Source of the DNA: Terriglobia bacterium
GTDB lineage: Bacteria; Acidobacteriota; Polarisedimenticolia; Polarisedimenticolales; JAIQFR01
NCBI GenBank assembly: GCA_963748015.1
Contig: CAVVHE010000004.1
Location: forward strand, 448,001-512,000
DNA: 64,000 nucleotides
Direction: 5' to 3'
This document shows, in pieces, positions 9,008-19,040 of this stretch (position 1 is its first letter; every line of letters begins with the position of its first letter). The translations under genes were made by a program, and so were the position numbers. Under the pieces are notes generated by a model, which made no database searches, was not told the DNA's origin, and saw only the letters and a list, made by a program, of their open reading frames with translations.

Positions 9008-10371
9008 CTCGGGCTCCCGCGCCGGCGCGTGCGGCGCCCGCCGCCCCCGGCAGGCGGGTCGTCGGCTTCCGCCATGCCGGCCGGGAGCGTCAAGGCGACC
9101 CGCTGGGCGAGGAGGGACGCGAGGAGATCCGGCGCGGTCAGGGCGGCGTAGGCCGGGCTCTCGAGCGGGAGCGGCAGGCGGACGGACTCGGGCAGGAGAC
9201 CGGGAAGCGCTCCCGCTTCCGTCTCGCTCGCATAGCGGAAGGAAGACCGCCCGAGCACGCGCATTCCCTCGGCGGCGTCGACGCTGGATTTCCCGTAAAG
9301 GGGGTTCCACACGATCGGACCGACCGCCACCGGGAGGACGGGGCCCTCGATCGCGATCTCCCGCGGCGGGGCGCCACCTCCGACCGCGACGAGACGGAGC
9401 GCGGCGGAAAGCTCCGTGGGATCGGCTGCGAAGGGCACGGCGCGCCGGCCGGCTCCGACGAGCGAGGCGAGCAGCTCCCTCTCGTCGGCGAAAGACACGG
9501 CGAGCGGGGCGAGGGCCTCGACGTAGTCCTCCGGCGAGGAGGCCGGCGCGGCGGACGCGAGGCCCGGGAGGTGCGTCAGGCAGGCCACGCCGCCGCGAGC
9601 CGGCAGCACGCGCGCGATCTCGCGCGCGGCCGCCGGCAGGAAAGGAAGGTCGAGGAACGCTCCGGCGCAGATCACCATGCCGAACGAGTCGTCCCGGAAC
9701 GGCAGGGGCGTCCCGGCGTCGGCGCAGACGAGCGCCGCGTGCGGCGACACGAATCGGCGAGCGAGCAGCAGGGCGGGGAAGAGGGGGTCGAGCCCGGCCA
9801 CGAGCCGGCCTTCCGCGAGCTCCCCGAGCGACGCCGCGAGGTGGCCCACGCCGCACGCGAGCTCGAGCACCGCCCCCTCTCGTGGAAGGAGCCTACCCGC
9901 GAGCCCCTCCGCCGCGACGAAGGTGGGATCGGAGCGGTGGAGAGCGAAACCCTCGGCGGTCGATGGGGCGCCTCGCGGCCCGCGCCCGAACAGCATCCGG
10001 TTCTGGGCGCGGAAGGAGCCCGGTGCGGAATCGCCGTGGAGCTTCGCGCCCATTCTCGCGGCGGCGAGGGGCGAGAGCGCCGCGCCGCCAAGGAGATAGG
10101 CGCCGAGGCCGCCGAGAAGCCGGTCGGCTCGCGCGCCCGGCGCCGCGCGGAGCGTGGCACCTAGCGCCCCGGCGGGATCGCCGCGCTCGATCGCCGCAAC
10201 GGCCGCTTCGGCGGCGCCGCCCGCCCGCAGAATCGGGATCTCCTCGATGACGGGATAGCGGTGGCGGCGGCACGCCAGGAGGCCCCATCCCGGAGCCCCT
10301 CCCGCGGGCTCCCAGCGGAACCCGCCGCCGCAGCGCGGGCAGACGAGAAGGGAGAGGAGCGTCTCGTTCAC
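9004..10371 (-). CDS. Class I SAM methyltransferase with N-terminal Trm112-like segment
   Basis: LLVCPRCGG...YPVIEEIPIL N-terminus; VLELACGVG; LPFRDDSFG; EIARVL. Confidence 0.7.
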   Translation of the reverse strand: MNETLLSLLVCPRCGGGFRWEPAGGAPGWGLLACRRHRYPVIEEIPILRAGGAAEAAVAAIERGDPAGALGATLRAAPGARADRLLGGLGAYLLGGAALSPLAAARMGAKLHGDSAPGSFRAQNRMLFGRGPRGAPSTAEGFALHRSDPTFVAAEGLAGRLLPREGAVLELACGVGHLAASLGELAEGRLVAGLDPLFPALLLARRFVSPHAALVCADAGTPLPFRDDSFGMVICAGAFLDLPFLPAAAREIARVLPARGGVACLTHLPGLASAAPASSPEDYVEALAPLAVSFADERELLASLVGAGRRAVPFAADPTELSAALRLVAVGGGAPPREIAIEGPVLPVAVGPIVWNPLYGKSSVDAAEGMRVLGRSSFRYASETEAGALPGLLPESVRLPLPLESPAYAALTAPDLLASLLAQRVALTLPAGMAEADDPPAGGGGRRTRRRGSPS

Positions 10372-10383
10372 GGTGCGAGATTA

Positions 10384-11295
10384 TCACTCCGGGAGCAGTT
10401 CCCGGTCCTCGATCAACGACTCGTCGCGCTCGCGCCGGCGCAGCGGAGCGACCTGCCGCCGCAGCGCCCACGCATCGCGAAATCCCAGGACGAACGGGCG
10501 GTGAGCCGCCAGATCCCAGAGGAGCTTGAGCGGGAGCAACGCCACGTGCTTCCGCCAGGCGGCCGGATCGGTGAGGTTCTTCCAGGTGAACAGCAGACGG
10601 TTCCTCTCGTAGGTCCTGAGGACGCGCCGCCGGTCGATCCTCGCCCCGATCGTCCGGCCGTGGTCGTGGATCACCCTGGCATCCGCCACGTGGAGAATCC
10701 GGCGCCCTCGCTTTCGCGCGCGGTACGAGAGGTCCGCGTCTTCCCAGTAGAACGGAGCGAACAGGGGGTCGAATCCGCCGAGTGCCAGGAACTCGGCGCG
10801 CCGGAACGCCATCGCCCCGCCGCATGCGTAGGCCGGGTCCGCGCCCGCCCTCCCGCCGAGCGACGTGGACAAGACGCCCCACCGGAACCGGATCCGTGTC
10901 AGGGCCTCGTCCTCGCCGGTCGCGCGCCGTACGATGGACGGGACGGCGGCGAAAGCCTCGGGCGAGGACGCGAGCGCCCGCGCGAGGAGCTCGGCCGCTC
11001 CGGCCGGCAACGACACGTCGTTGTTGAGGAGGAGCACGACCTCTCCCCGCGACGCCGCGACGCCGTCATTCGCCGCCGGTCCGAAGCCTCCGTTGACGGG
11101 CCGCCGCACGACGCGCACCGCGGGGAACCGGGCGGAGATCCCGTCGCCGGTGCCGTCGGTCGAGGCGTCGTCCACGACGACCACCTCCGCTCCGGCGATC
11201 CCGGCGACGGCCCCGACCGCGGCCGGCAGGTGCTCCTCGAGGAGCGCCCGCCCGTTCCAGCTCGGGATCACGATGGACAGCGCGGGTCCGCTCAC
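10384..11295 (-). CDS. GT2 glycosyltransferase (WbbL/rhamnosyltransferase-like)
   Basis: SIVIPSWNG, VDDASTD, LLNNDV and FYWEDADL motifs. Confidence 0.88.
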   Translation of the reverse strand: MSGPALSIVIPSWNGRALLEEHLPAAVGAVAGIAGAEVVVVDDASTDGTGDGISARFPAVRVVRRPVNGGFGPAANDGVAASRGEVVLLLNNDVSLPAGAAELLARALASSPEAFAAVPSIVRRATGEDEALTRIRFRWGVLSTSLGGRAGADPAYACGGAMAFRRAEFLALGGFDPLFAPFYWEDADLSYRARKRGRRILHVADARVIHDHGRTIGARIDRRRVLRTYERNRLLFTWKNLTDPAAWRKHVALLPLKLLWDLAAHRPFVLGFRDAWALRRQVAPLRRRERDESLIEDRELLPE

Positions 11296-12305
11296 GCTCC
11301 CTCGCTCCCGGAGGGATCGTCGAAGCACCCCTGGAAGTAGCGGACGTCCCGGGCCACGTGGTAGCCGAAGTGAGCCAGCCGCTCGAGCCGCGCGCGCTCC
11401 CCGGCGGCGAGCAGCGCCCGGAGGACCGCGAAGCCTGCGCGCGAGCCCGCCGCCTTGCGCAGCGGGCCCACGAGCAGGAGCCTGTTCGCGAGGCGCAGCC
11501 CTACGAGCCCGGCCGGGCTCGTACCGATACCGAGCCGCGCGGGGCCGTCCACCCGGAGGTACTCTCGGAACGGTCCGTCCGGATACCTCGCGGCGAGCTG
11601 CCGCGCGACGAGGCCGGCCTCGCGCTGCCGGTCGAGATATCGGTCGAGGTCGGTCGCGAACGCGCGGTGGATCGAGACCGCCTCGGGGAGATAGGCGATC
11701 CGCGTCCCGCAGCGCGAGAGGCGGTAGCCCAGCTCGATGTCCTCGAAGCCGTACCGGGAGATGGTCTCGTCGAAGCCTCCGGCGGAGGCGAGCACGCTTC
11801 GAGGGGCGGAGAAGTGGCCGGTGAGGCATAGAGGGAAGGGAACGTCGTCGCGCCGGCGGAGGAGTGCCTCCTCGCGGAACGCCTGCTCGCGCTCGAGGAA
11901 CCGCGAGAAGCAGGAGCGGGGCGCGCCGTCGTCGAGCACGACGCGGCCGAGCGCCGCCGCGCCGGCCGCCCGCGCATGGAAAGCGCGGTGCGCCTCGAGA
12001 GCGCCGGCCTCGAGCGTCATGTCGTCGTCGAGGATCACGACGAGCGGGGCCGTCGCGGCGGCGAGCCCCGTATTGCACGCCGCCGCGCGCCCCCGCGAGG
12101 CCTCGTGCCGCCTCACGGCGGGCGGGCCCCAGGGAAGGGCCGCGCGTGCCGCCGCCTCGCGGGTTCCGTCCCGTGATCCGTCGTCCACGACGACGACCTC
12201 GAGCGGGCAGGCGACCTCCTGCCGCGCGACGGACGCGAGGGTCTCGGGAAGCCGATGGGCGCCGTCGCGGCTCGGGATCACGACGGACAATCCGGGCGCG
12301 CTCAT
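11292..12305 (-). CDS. GT2 glycosyltransferase
   Basis: SVVIPSRD, VDDGSRD, ILDDDM and YGFEDIELGYRL motifs. Confidence 0.88.
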   Translation of the reverse strand: MSAPGLSVVIPSRDGAHRLPETLASVARQEVACPLEVVVVDDGSRDGTREAAARAALPWGPPAVRRHEASRGRAAACNTGLAAATAPLVVILDDDMTLEAGALEAHRAFHARAAGAAALGRVVLDDGAPRSCFSRFLEREQAFREEALLRRRDDVPFPLCLTGHFSAPRSVLASAGGFDETISRYGFEDIELGYRLSRCGTRIAYLPEAVSIHRAFATDLDRYLDRQREAGLVARQLAARYPDGPFREYLRVDGPARLGIGTSPAGLVGLRLANRLLLVGPLRKAAGSRAGFAVLRALLAAGERARLERLAHFGYHVARDVRYFQGCFDDPSGSEGA

Positions 12306-12458
12306 CGGCGCCCATCGTAACCGCGTTCGGTCGCGGTGGAAACGGCTCGACTCGCACGGTTGCTTCGCGGGGGGAAACCAAACTAGCCTGAGCGCGCGCG
12401 CCGGCCGCCGGGGCGAGGGGACGGGCCGATGGAAGGTGACGGGAGCAGCCGAGGTCCG

Positions 12459-13574
12459 GTGGAGAGGATCCTGGTCGACCTTCGCTGCCTGGAAACCGCG
12501 AGCGGGTCGCGGGGAGTGGGGCGTTACGCCCGCGAGCTCGTTCGCGCGTTGCCCGCCGCCGCTCCCGCCGGGTGGGAATTCGCCGCGCTCTCCTGGTCCG
12601 GTGTCGGGGCTGCGCTCGGCCTGCGGGACGTCCGGTACCCCGGCCCGCGCCGCGGCATCGGGCTCGCGGACCGCTACGTGTTGCCTCGCCTCCTCCGGAG
12701 GGAGCGCATCGGCCTCTATCACTCCCCGGTCTACGCGCTTCCTTCCGCGGGTGCCCGGCGAACGGCGCTGGTCCTCACGGTGCACGACCTGGTGGCCGAG
12801 GTCTTTCCGGACGGGCTCTCGTGGCGCCATCGGCAGGCGTTCCGAAGGACGTTTCGCAGCGCGGCGGCGGCCCACCGGGTGATCGCGGTGTCCGAGACCA
12901 CCCGGCGCGAGCTCTCGACGCATTACCCCGTCGACCCCGCGCGCATCGTCCCCGTGCCCAACGGAGTCGCGGCGGACCTTTGTGTCCCCTCGCGCGAGGA
13001 TGCCGCCGCGGCCGCGCTCCCGCATCCTTTCCTCTTCTACGCCGGCGGTCTCGACCCGCTGAAGAACGTGCCGCTGCTCCTGAGGGTGCTGCGGGGCTGC
13101 CGCGAGAGGGGGCTCGTCCTCCACCTGGTCATCGCGGGCGAGGAGGGGGTCAGGCGGGACGCGCTGCTCCGCGAGGCCGCCGGCCTGGGCGTCCGCGACG
13201 CCGTACGGCCGCTCGGCCACGTGGACGACGCCTCGCTCGCGGCCGCCTACCGCGCGGCGCTCGCCTTCGTCTTCCCGAGCCGGTACGAGGGATTCGGGCT
13301 CCCGCCCCTCGAGGCGATGGCGGCAGGGTGCCCGGTGGTGTCTTCCCCCTGCGGCGCCCTGGCGGAAGTCCTCGGCGACGCCGCCCAGTTCGCGGGTCCG
13401 GACGACGCCGACGCGTGGATTCGCGCCATCGTGGGCATCGCGAGCGATCCCGCCGCGCGCTCGCGATGGATCGCCGCGGGGCGGGAGAGGGCCCGCGGCT
13501 ACTCCTGGGAGCGGACGGCCCGGGAAACCGTCGAGGTGTACCGCCAGGCGCTCGAGGAGGTGGGCCGGACGTGA
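12459..13574 (+). CDS. GT4 glycosyltransferase (MtfB-like)
   Basis: GVGRYARE, TVHDL and PSRYEGFGLPPLEAMA motifs. Alternative start at ATG 12429. Confidence 0.9.
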   Translation: MERILVDLRCLETASGSRGVGRYARELVRALPAAAPAGWEFAALSWSGVGAALGLRDVRYPGPRRGIGLADRYVLPRLLRRERIGLYHSPVYALPSAGARRTALVLTVHDLVAEVFPDGLSWRHRQAFRRTFRSAAAAHRVIAVSETTRRELSTHYPVDPARIVPVPNGVAADLCVPSREDAAAAALPHPFLFYAGGLDPLKNVPLLLRVLRGCRERGLVLHLVIAGEEGVRRDALLREAAGLGVRDAVRPLGHVDDASLAAAYRAALAFVFPSRYEGFGLPPLEAMAAGCPVVSSPCGALAEVLGDAAQFAGPDDADAWIRAIVGIASDPAARSRWIAAGRERARGYSWERTARETVEVYRQALEEVGRT

Positions 13575-14734
13575 TAGGCCCCTCGCGCTATCGCAACTAC
13601 TCCGCGCGCGCGCGATGGATCGCGTGCGCCCTCGATCTCGGCGCCGCGCCCGTCGTCCCGCTCCTGCGCCGGCTGGCGCCGCGAGGCCCCTCGCCCTCCC
13701 CGCCGCACGCCATCCTCGCGATCCGGCTCGACCACGTCGGCGACGTGCTGATGTCGACGCCGGCGCTCGCGTCGCTCAAGAGGGCGTTCCCCGGCGCCCG
13801 CCTCGACGTCCTCGCGGCGCCCTGGGGTCGCGCCGCGCTCGACGGGAACCCGGACGTCGACCGCGTGATCGAGGCGCCCGCGCCGTGGTACGACCCGAGG
13901 CGGGGCGATCTGCCGTCGCCGGGAGAGGTCCTGTCGGTCTCGGCGGGCCTTCGCCGCGAGGCGTACGACTGGGCGTTCGACCTCAGAGGAGATCCTCGCG
14001 TCGCGTGCGCCTACCTGCTTCCCGCAGCCCGCCGCCGCTTCGGCTTCTCGGGATTGGGCCTCGAGGGACTGCTGACCGACTCGATTCCCTACGACCGCGG
14101 GAGGTCGATGCTCGACCTCGCGCTCGACCTCGCCGCGCTCGCGGGAGCCCCCGCGCTCTCGCGCCGGCCCGTCTTCCGCGTGGTGGAGCCCGACCGGGCG
14201 CGCGCCTCGGCGCTCCTCGATGCCGTCGCGGGGGCCGAGACCGAGGAGCGCTTCGCGGTGATCGCGCCCGGATCGAATCGGGCCGCGGCGCGGTGGCCCG
14301 CGGAGCGCTTCGCGGAGGTCGGCGACGGTCTCGCGGCCGCGGGCTTGCGCCCGGTGCTGGCGGGGCGCGAGGCCGATGCGCCGGTCACGGCGGCGGTCGC
14401 CGCCGCGATGGGCCGGGCTCCGGCGGACCTGACCGGGCGAACGAGCCTCGGCGTCCTCGCCGCGGTGCTCGAGCGGGCGGCGATACTGGTCGCGAACGAT
14501 TCGGGGAGTTCGCACCTCGCGGCGGCGGTCTCATGTCCGACCGTCGCCGTGTTCGGCCCGACCGATCCCGCCCTGACCTTTCCGTACGAGGACGGCGGGC
14601 GGTTCGTTAGCGTGTCGCGCCCCATCGACCACCCGCGCCCGTGCTTCGACCTCTCGTGCGACTCCGACCACGGTTTTTCGGCGGTCCTTCCCCGCGAGGT
14701 CCTCGAGGCCTGCCTGTCCGTTCTGCGCGCCTGA
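13571..14734 (+). CDS. GT9 (heptosyltransferase-like) glycosyltransferase
   Basis: IRLDHVGDVLMSTP, WPAERF, DLTGRTSL and NDSGSSHLAAAV..PTVAVFGPT motifs. Confidence 0.88.
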   Translation: MIGPSRYRNYSARARWIACALDLGAAPVVPLLRRLAPRGPSPSPPHAILAIRLDHVGDVLMSTPALASLKRAFPGARLDVLAAPWGRAALDGNPDVDRVIEAPAPWYDPRRGDLPSPGEVLSVSAGLRREAYDWAFDLRGDPRVACAYLLPAARRRFGFSGLGLEGLLTDSIPYDRGRSMLDLALDLAALAGAPALSRRPVFRVVEPDRARASALLDAVAGAETEERFAVIAPGSNRAAARWPAERFAEVGDGLAAAGLRPVLAGREADAPVTAAVAAAMGRAPADLTGRTSLGVLAAVLERAAILVANDSGSSHLAAAVSCPTVAVFGPTDPALTFPYEDGGRFVSVSRPIDHPRPCFDLSCDSDHGFSAVLPREVLEACLSVLRA

Positions 14735-14857
14735 GCGATTCGGGATCGGTCCAAGGCGACAATCGTGCTTCGCCGATGATGGGGCCGGGCGTTTCCTTTG
14801 TTAGAATCGCGCCGTGAAGTGTCCACTCGTCCGGCGCGAGCGCGAACCGGGGGCGCG

Positions 14858-15730
14858 ATGAAGGACGCCCTGCGGCGGTGGCTCCCGGCTCCCGTCCTGT
14901 CGTTCGCGAGGCGGGCCTACTACCGCCCGTCGGTCCGGAAGATCGTGTTCTTCCCGGCGGATCTCCTCGACCGCGTGCGGGGGACCCGCAAGGAGGGGAT
15001 CCCGCCGAGGAGCATCGCCTTCGTCGGCGACGGGGACTTCGAGGCGATCGGCGAGGAGTACTTCCGCTACTTCGTGGACCTCTGCGGGCTCGAGCCGGGC
15101 GAACGGGTTCTCGACGTGGGCTGCGGCGCCGGGCGCATGGCGCTCCCGCTCGCCCGCTACCTCGGGGGCGGGGGCTCCTACGAGGGGTTCGATCTCCTCG
15201 AGGGCCACGTGAGGTGGTGCCGCGACAACATCGGGTCCCGTCATCCGAACTTCCGCTTCCTCCAGGCCGACGTCAAGAGCCCGATGTACAACCCGGCGGG
15301 AAGGTCCGCCCCCTCCGAGTACCGATTCCCCTACGACGACGCGTCGTTCGACTTCGTGTTCCTGACCTCGGTGATGACCCACCTGCTCGCCGGTGCCGCG
15401 GAGCGCTATCTCTCGGAGGTCGCGCGGGTCTCGAGGCCGGGAGCGCGAAGCCTCATCACCTGGTTCCTGCTCGACGGCGAGGCCGAGCGGAGGATCCGGG
15501 AGGGGACGAGCCCGACGCGATTCGAGCACGACGCCGGCGGTTGCCGGGTCGTCGACGCCGGCGTCCCCGAGTCCGCCGTGGCGTATCGCGAGGAGGACGT
15601 GAGGGCGATGTACCTGCGCCACGGCCTCGAGATCGCGGAGCCGATCCGGTGGGGCGGGTGGTCGGGCAGGGAGCCGCACCTCTCGTCCCAGGACATCGTC
15701 GTCGCCGTGAGGCGGCAGGCGGCGCCATGA
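14858..15730 (+). CDS. Class I SAM-dependent methyltransferase
   Basis: VLDVGCGAGR and FPYDDASFDFVFLTSVMTH motifs. Extended -10 TGtTAGAAT at 14799-14807. Confidence 0.88.
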   Translation: MKDALRRWLPAPVLSFARRAYYRPSVRKIVFFPADLLDRVRGTRKEGIPPRSIAFVGDGDFEAIGEEYFRYFVDLCGLEPGERVLDVGCGAGRMALPLARYLGGGGSYEGFDLLEGHVRWCRDNIGSRHPNFRFLQADVKSPMYNPAGRSAPSEYRFPYDDASFDFVFLTSVMTHLLAGAAERYLSEVARVSRPGARSLITWFLLDGEAERRIREGTSPTRFEHDAGGCRVVDAGVPESAVAYREEDVRAMYLRHGLEIAEPIRWGGWSGREPHLSSQDIVVAVRRQAAP

Positions 15731-16743
15731 CCGACACCCCTCGGCGCACGACGGCGGAGGCGGTCCCGGAGCCGGCCCCCGTCGCGGCGGTGATCGTGAC
15801 GTGGAACGCGGCGGCCTGGGTGGGCGACTGCCTTCGCAGCCTGCGCGCTCTCGTCCGGCCGCCCGCCGAGGTCGTGGTGGTGGACAACGGCTCGGCGGAC
15901 GGAACGCCGGAGATCGTGCGTGACGAATTTCCCGAGGCGGTCCTCGTCGAGTGCGGCGCGAACCTGGGCTTCTGCCGCGCGAACAACCTGGGGATCGCCC
16001 GGACCCGGAGCCCGTTCGTCCTCGCGCTCAATCCCGACGCCCGCCTCAACCCGCGCTTCCTCGAGGAGCTGCTTCCGGCCTTCGACGACCCCGCCGTGGG
16101 CATCGGGGCCGGGAAGCTGCTGCGCCCCGACGGGACGACGATCGACAGCGCCGGGCAACTGCTCGGGCGCTCCCGGCAGCCGGTGGACCGGGGTTACGGC
16201 ACCCGGGACGACGGCCGTTTCGACACGGACGAGGAGGTGTTCGGCGCCTGCGGCGCGGCGGCCCTCTACCGGCGCGCGATGCTCGACAGCGTCGCCGACC
16301 CCGGCGGCGAAGTCTTCGACGAGAGGTTCTTCGCGTTCTACGAGGACCTCGACCTCGCCTGGCGGGCCCGCCGCCTCGGCTGGCGGGCCGCCTACCGCCA
16401 CCGGGCGGTCGGCTGGCACGCGCGCGGCGCGACGGCCCCCGGCGGGTCCGTCCGGCGGCGGGGGAGAGCGGTCCTCGCGCGAACCCCGTCGGTGAGGTTT
16501 CACGTCGCCAAGAACCGCTACCTCACGATCCTCCGTAACGACGCCTGGCGAGCGTACCTGCGCGATCTTCCGTTCGTCCTCGGGAGGGACGCGGCACTCG
16601 CCGGCCTGCTCCTGCTGACCTCCCCGGGGGTGATCGCGAGGCTCTGGCGCGAGCGGAGCCTCTTCCGCGGCGCCCTCGAGAGGCGCCGGCTGGACTCGGC
16701 CCGGCCGAGGCACCAAACTCTCCATGGAGGGAGAACCGATTGA
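15727..16743 (+). CDS. GT2 glycosyltransferase
   Basis: VIVTWN, VDNGSAD, NLGFCRANN, LNPD and FYEDLDLAWR motifs. Confidence 0.9.
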   Translation: MTDTPRRTTAEAVPEPAPVAAVIVTWNAAAWVGDCLRSLRALVRPPAEVVVVDNGSADGTPEIVRDEFPEAVLVECGANLGFCRANNLGIARTRSPFVLALNPDARLNPRFLEELLPAFDDPAVGIGAGKLLRPDGTTIDSAGQLLGRSRQPVDRGYGTRDDGRFDTDEEVFGACGAAALYRRAMLDSVADPGGEVFDERFFAFYEDLDLAWRARRLGWRAAYRHRAVGWHARGATAPGGSVRRRGRAVLARTPSVRFHVAKNRYLTILRNDAWRAYLRDLPFVLGRDAALAGLLLLTSPGVIARLWRERSLFRGALERRRLDSARPRHQTLHGGRTD

Positions 16744-17744
16744 TCCGCGCGGTCGTCTACGCGTCCACGTTCCTGCTCGCGCTGGCTCTCGCGGCCTGGC
16801 TCACGCCGGTGCTGCGCGAGGCGGCGCTGCGGTTCGGGATCGTGGACCGTCCGGACGGACGGCTCAAGAGCCAGCGCGAGCCCGTCCCTTACTTGGGAGG
16901 GCTCGCGATCTACCTCGCGTTCCTCCTGTCGATCGCGTTCACGCTGCGCTTCCGCGACGAGGTCCTGGCGATGCTCCTCGCGGGCTCGATCGTCGTGATC
17001 CTCGGACTCGTGGACGACCTCGGGCAGCTCGGACCATGGACGAAGCTCCTCGGCCAGGCGGTCGCGGTGCTCGTGCTCGTGAAGTCCGGGATCTACATCA
17101 AGCTCACCTTCCTTCCGCTCCAGGTCGCGCTGCCGCTGTCCGTCGTCTGGCTCCTCGCCACGACCAACGCGTTCAACCTGATCGACATCATGGACGGACT
17201 GTCCGCGGGGACCGCGGCGGTCGCCGCGGCGGCGCTGTTCGCGGTCGCGGTCTTGAACGGGCGCCACGAGTCGGCGACCCTCCTCGCGGGGATCTGCGGG
17301 GCGAGCCTGGGGTTCTTGCGCCTGAATTTCGAGCCGGCGAGGATCTACATGGGGGACACGGGAAGCCTCCTGCTCGGCCTGCTCCTCGGCGCGCTCGCGA
17401 TGAACAACGGCTACACCGCGAACAACCGGCTCGCCGCGGTGGCCCCGGGGCTGATCCTGGGCGTGCCGCTCTTCGACATGCTGTTCGTCATGTACGTGAG
17501 ATGGCGGCGCGGCCTGCCGGTCATGCTCGGGAGCCCCGATCACGTCGCGCTCCGGCTCCGGAAGTGGCGGTGGACGACCCGCCAGACCGTGCTGGCTTCC
17601 TACGCCGCGACGGCGCTGCTCGGGGCCGCGGCGATCGCGATGAGCCTCGTCGGGACCGCCGGCGCCGCGGCGATCCTGGCCGCGATCGTCCTGGCCGGAC
17701 TCGCCGTCGGCGCGCTGCTCCGGCGCGTGGACATGAGCCTTTGA
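16740..17744 (+). CDS. WecA/MraY-family undecaprenyl-phosphate HexNAc-1-P transferase
   Basis: GLVDD, NAFNLIDIMDGL, NFEPARIYMGDTGS and DHVALRL motifs; polytopic. Confidence 0.88.
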   Translation: MIRAVVYASTFLLALALAAWLTPVLREAALRFGIVDRPDGRLKSQREPVPYLGGLAIYLAFLLSIAFTLRFRDEVLAMLLAGSIVVILGLVDDLGQLGPWTKLLGQAVAVLVLVKSGIYIKLTFLPLQVALPLSVVWLLATTNAFNLIDIMDGLSAGTAAVAAAALFAVAVLNGRHESATLLAGICGASLGFLRLNFEPARIYMGDTGSLLLGLLLGALAMNNGYTANNRLAAVAPGLILGVPLFDMLFVMYVRWRRGLPVMLGSPDHVALRLRKWRWTTRQTVLASYAATALLGAAAIAMSLVGTAGAAAILAAIVLAGLAVGALLRRVDMSL

Positions 17745-17751
17745 GGCGCCC

Positions 17752-19032
17752 GTGATCCTGATCCTCGGCGGGGGACTCGCGGGGCTGAGCGCCGCCTACC
17801 ACCTGGGCGACGCTCCACACCTCGTGCTCGAAGCGGAGAGCGCGCCGGGGGGGCTCTGCCGTACCCGCGAGGCGGAAGGGTTCCTCTTCGACTACACCGG
17901 GCACCTCCTGCACCTGCGCGATCCGCGAGCGATCGCCCTGGTGGACCGCCTCCTTCCCGGCGCGTTCGAGACCGTCTCCCGGAAGGCGTGCATCAGGACG
18001 CGCGGCGCGACCCTTCCGTTCCCGTTCCAGGCGAACCTGCACGGCCTTCCGCCGCGGACCGTTCACGAGTGCGTCGCCGGCTTCGTGGAGTGCCTGGGAT
18101 CGAAGGTGCCCCTAGCCGCCGACGCGTCGTTCCGCGACTGGTCCCTCTCGGTCCTCGGGCGCGGGATCAGCGACGCGTTCATGTTCCCGTACAACGCCAA
18201 GGTGTTCCGCCGCGAGGCGGACGCCATGACCGCGGACTGGGTCTCCTGGGCGGTCCCGCGGCCGTCGCTGCGCGAGGTCGTCCGCGGCGCTCTCGGCTTC
18301 TCGAACGAGGGGATGGGGTACAACCCGACCTTCCGCTACCCGAAAGAAGGGGGGATCGGGATCCTGCCGGACGCGTTCGCGCGCAGGCTCTCGACGCTGA
18401 GGTGCGGCGCGCGTGTCCTCGCGGTGGATCTCGAACGGCGGACCGTCACGGTGGAGGGGGGCGAGCGCGTCTCCTGGGACCGGCTCGTGGTCACGACGCC
18501 GCTCCCCGGCTTCCTGCGGATGACGGGAGAGCGGGCGCTCGCGGACGCCGCGGGCGAGCTCGACTGGTCGGTGGTGGCCTGCCTCAACCTCGGGGTGGAC
18601 CGGGAAGGGATCGGCGGGGGCGCGCACTGGGCCTACTTCCCGGATCCCGACGTTCCCTTCTACCGGGTCGGCTTCCCGGCGTCGTTCTCCCGAAGCGCGG
18701 CACCCCTCGGCACCTCGTCGCTCTACGTCGAGCTGGCTCTCGGGAAGAGCGAGACGCCCGACCTCCCGACCCTCGAGGCGGCCGTGCTCGAGGCGCTCCA
18801 CGCCGAGGGGGTGCTCCGGCCTTCCGACCGGATCCTCGCGCGCGACTGGGTTCTCATCGACCCCGGGTACGTGATCTTCGACCGGAGGCGCCTCGCGGCG
18901 ATGGCGAGCCTCGTTCCCGCTCTCGAGGAGAGGGGAGTGCATCTCGCCGGCCGCTACGGGGCCTGGACCTACTCCTACATGGAGCGCGCGATGCTCGACG
19001 GGCTCGAGATCGCGCGCAAGCTCGCGGGTTAG
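17752..19032 (+). CDS. FAD-dependent oxidoreductase (UDP-galactopyranose-mutase/HemY-like fold)
   Basis: GGGLAGLSAA Rossmann motif; GGLCRT; FDYTGHLLH; GRYGAWTYSYME. Confidence 0.75.
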   Translation: MILILGGGLAGLSAAYHLGDAPHLVLEAESAPGGLCRTREAEGFLFDYTGHLLHLRDPRAIALVDRLLPGAFETVSRKACIRTRGATLPFPFQANLHGLPPRTVHECVAGFVECLGSKVPLAADASFRDWSLSVLGRGISDAFMFPYNAKVFRREADAMTADWVSWAVPRPSLREVVRGALGFSNEGMGYNPTFRYPKEGGIGILPDAFARRLSTLRCGARVLAVDLERRTVTVEGGERVSWDRLVVTTPLPGFLRMTGERALADAAGELDWSVVACLNLGVDREGIGGGAHWAYFPDPDVPFYRVGFPASFSRSAAPLGTSSLYVELALGKSETPDLPTLEAAVLEALHAEGVLRPSDRILARDWVLIDPGYVIFDRRRLAAMASLVPALEERGVHLAGRYGAWTYSYMERAMLDGLEIARKLAG

Positions 19033-19040
19033 CCGCCGCC

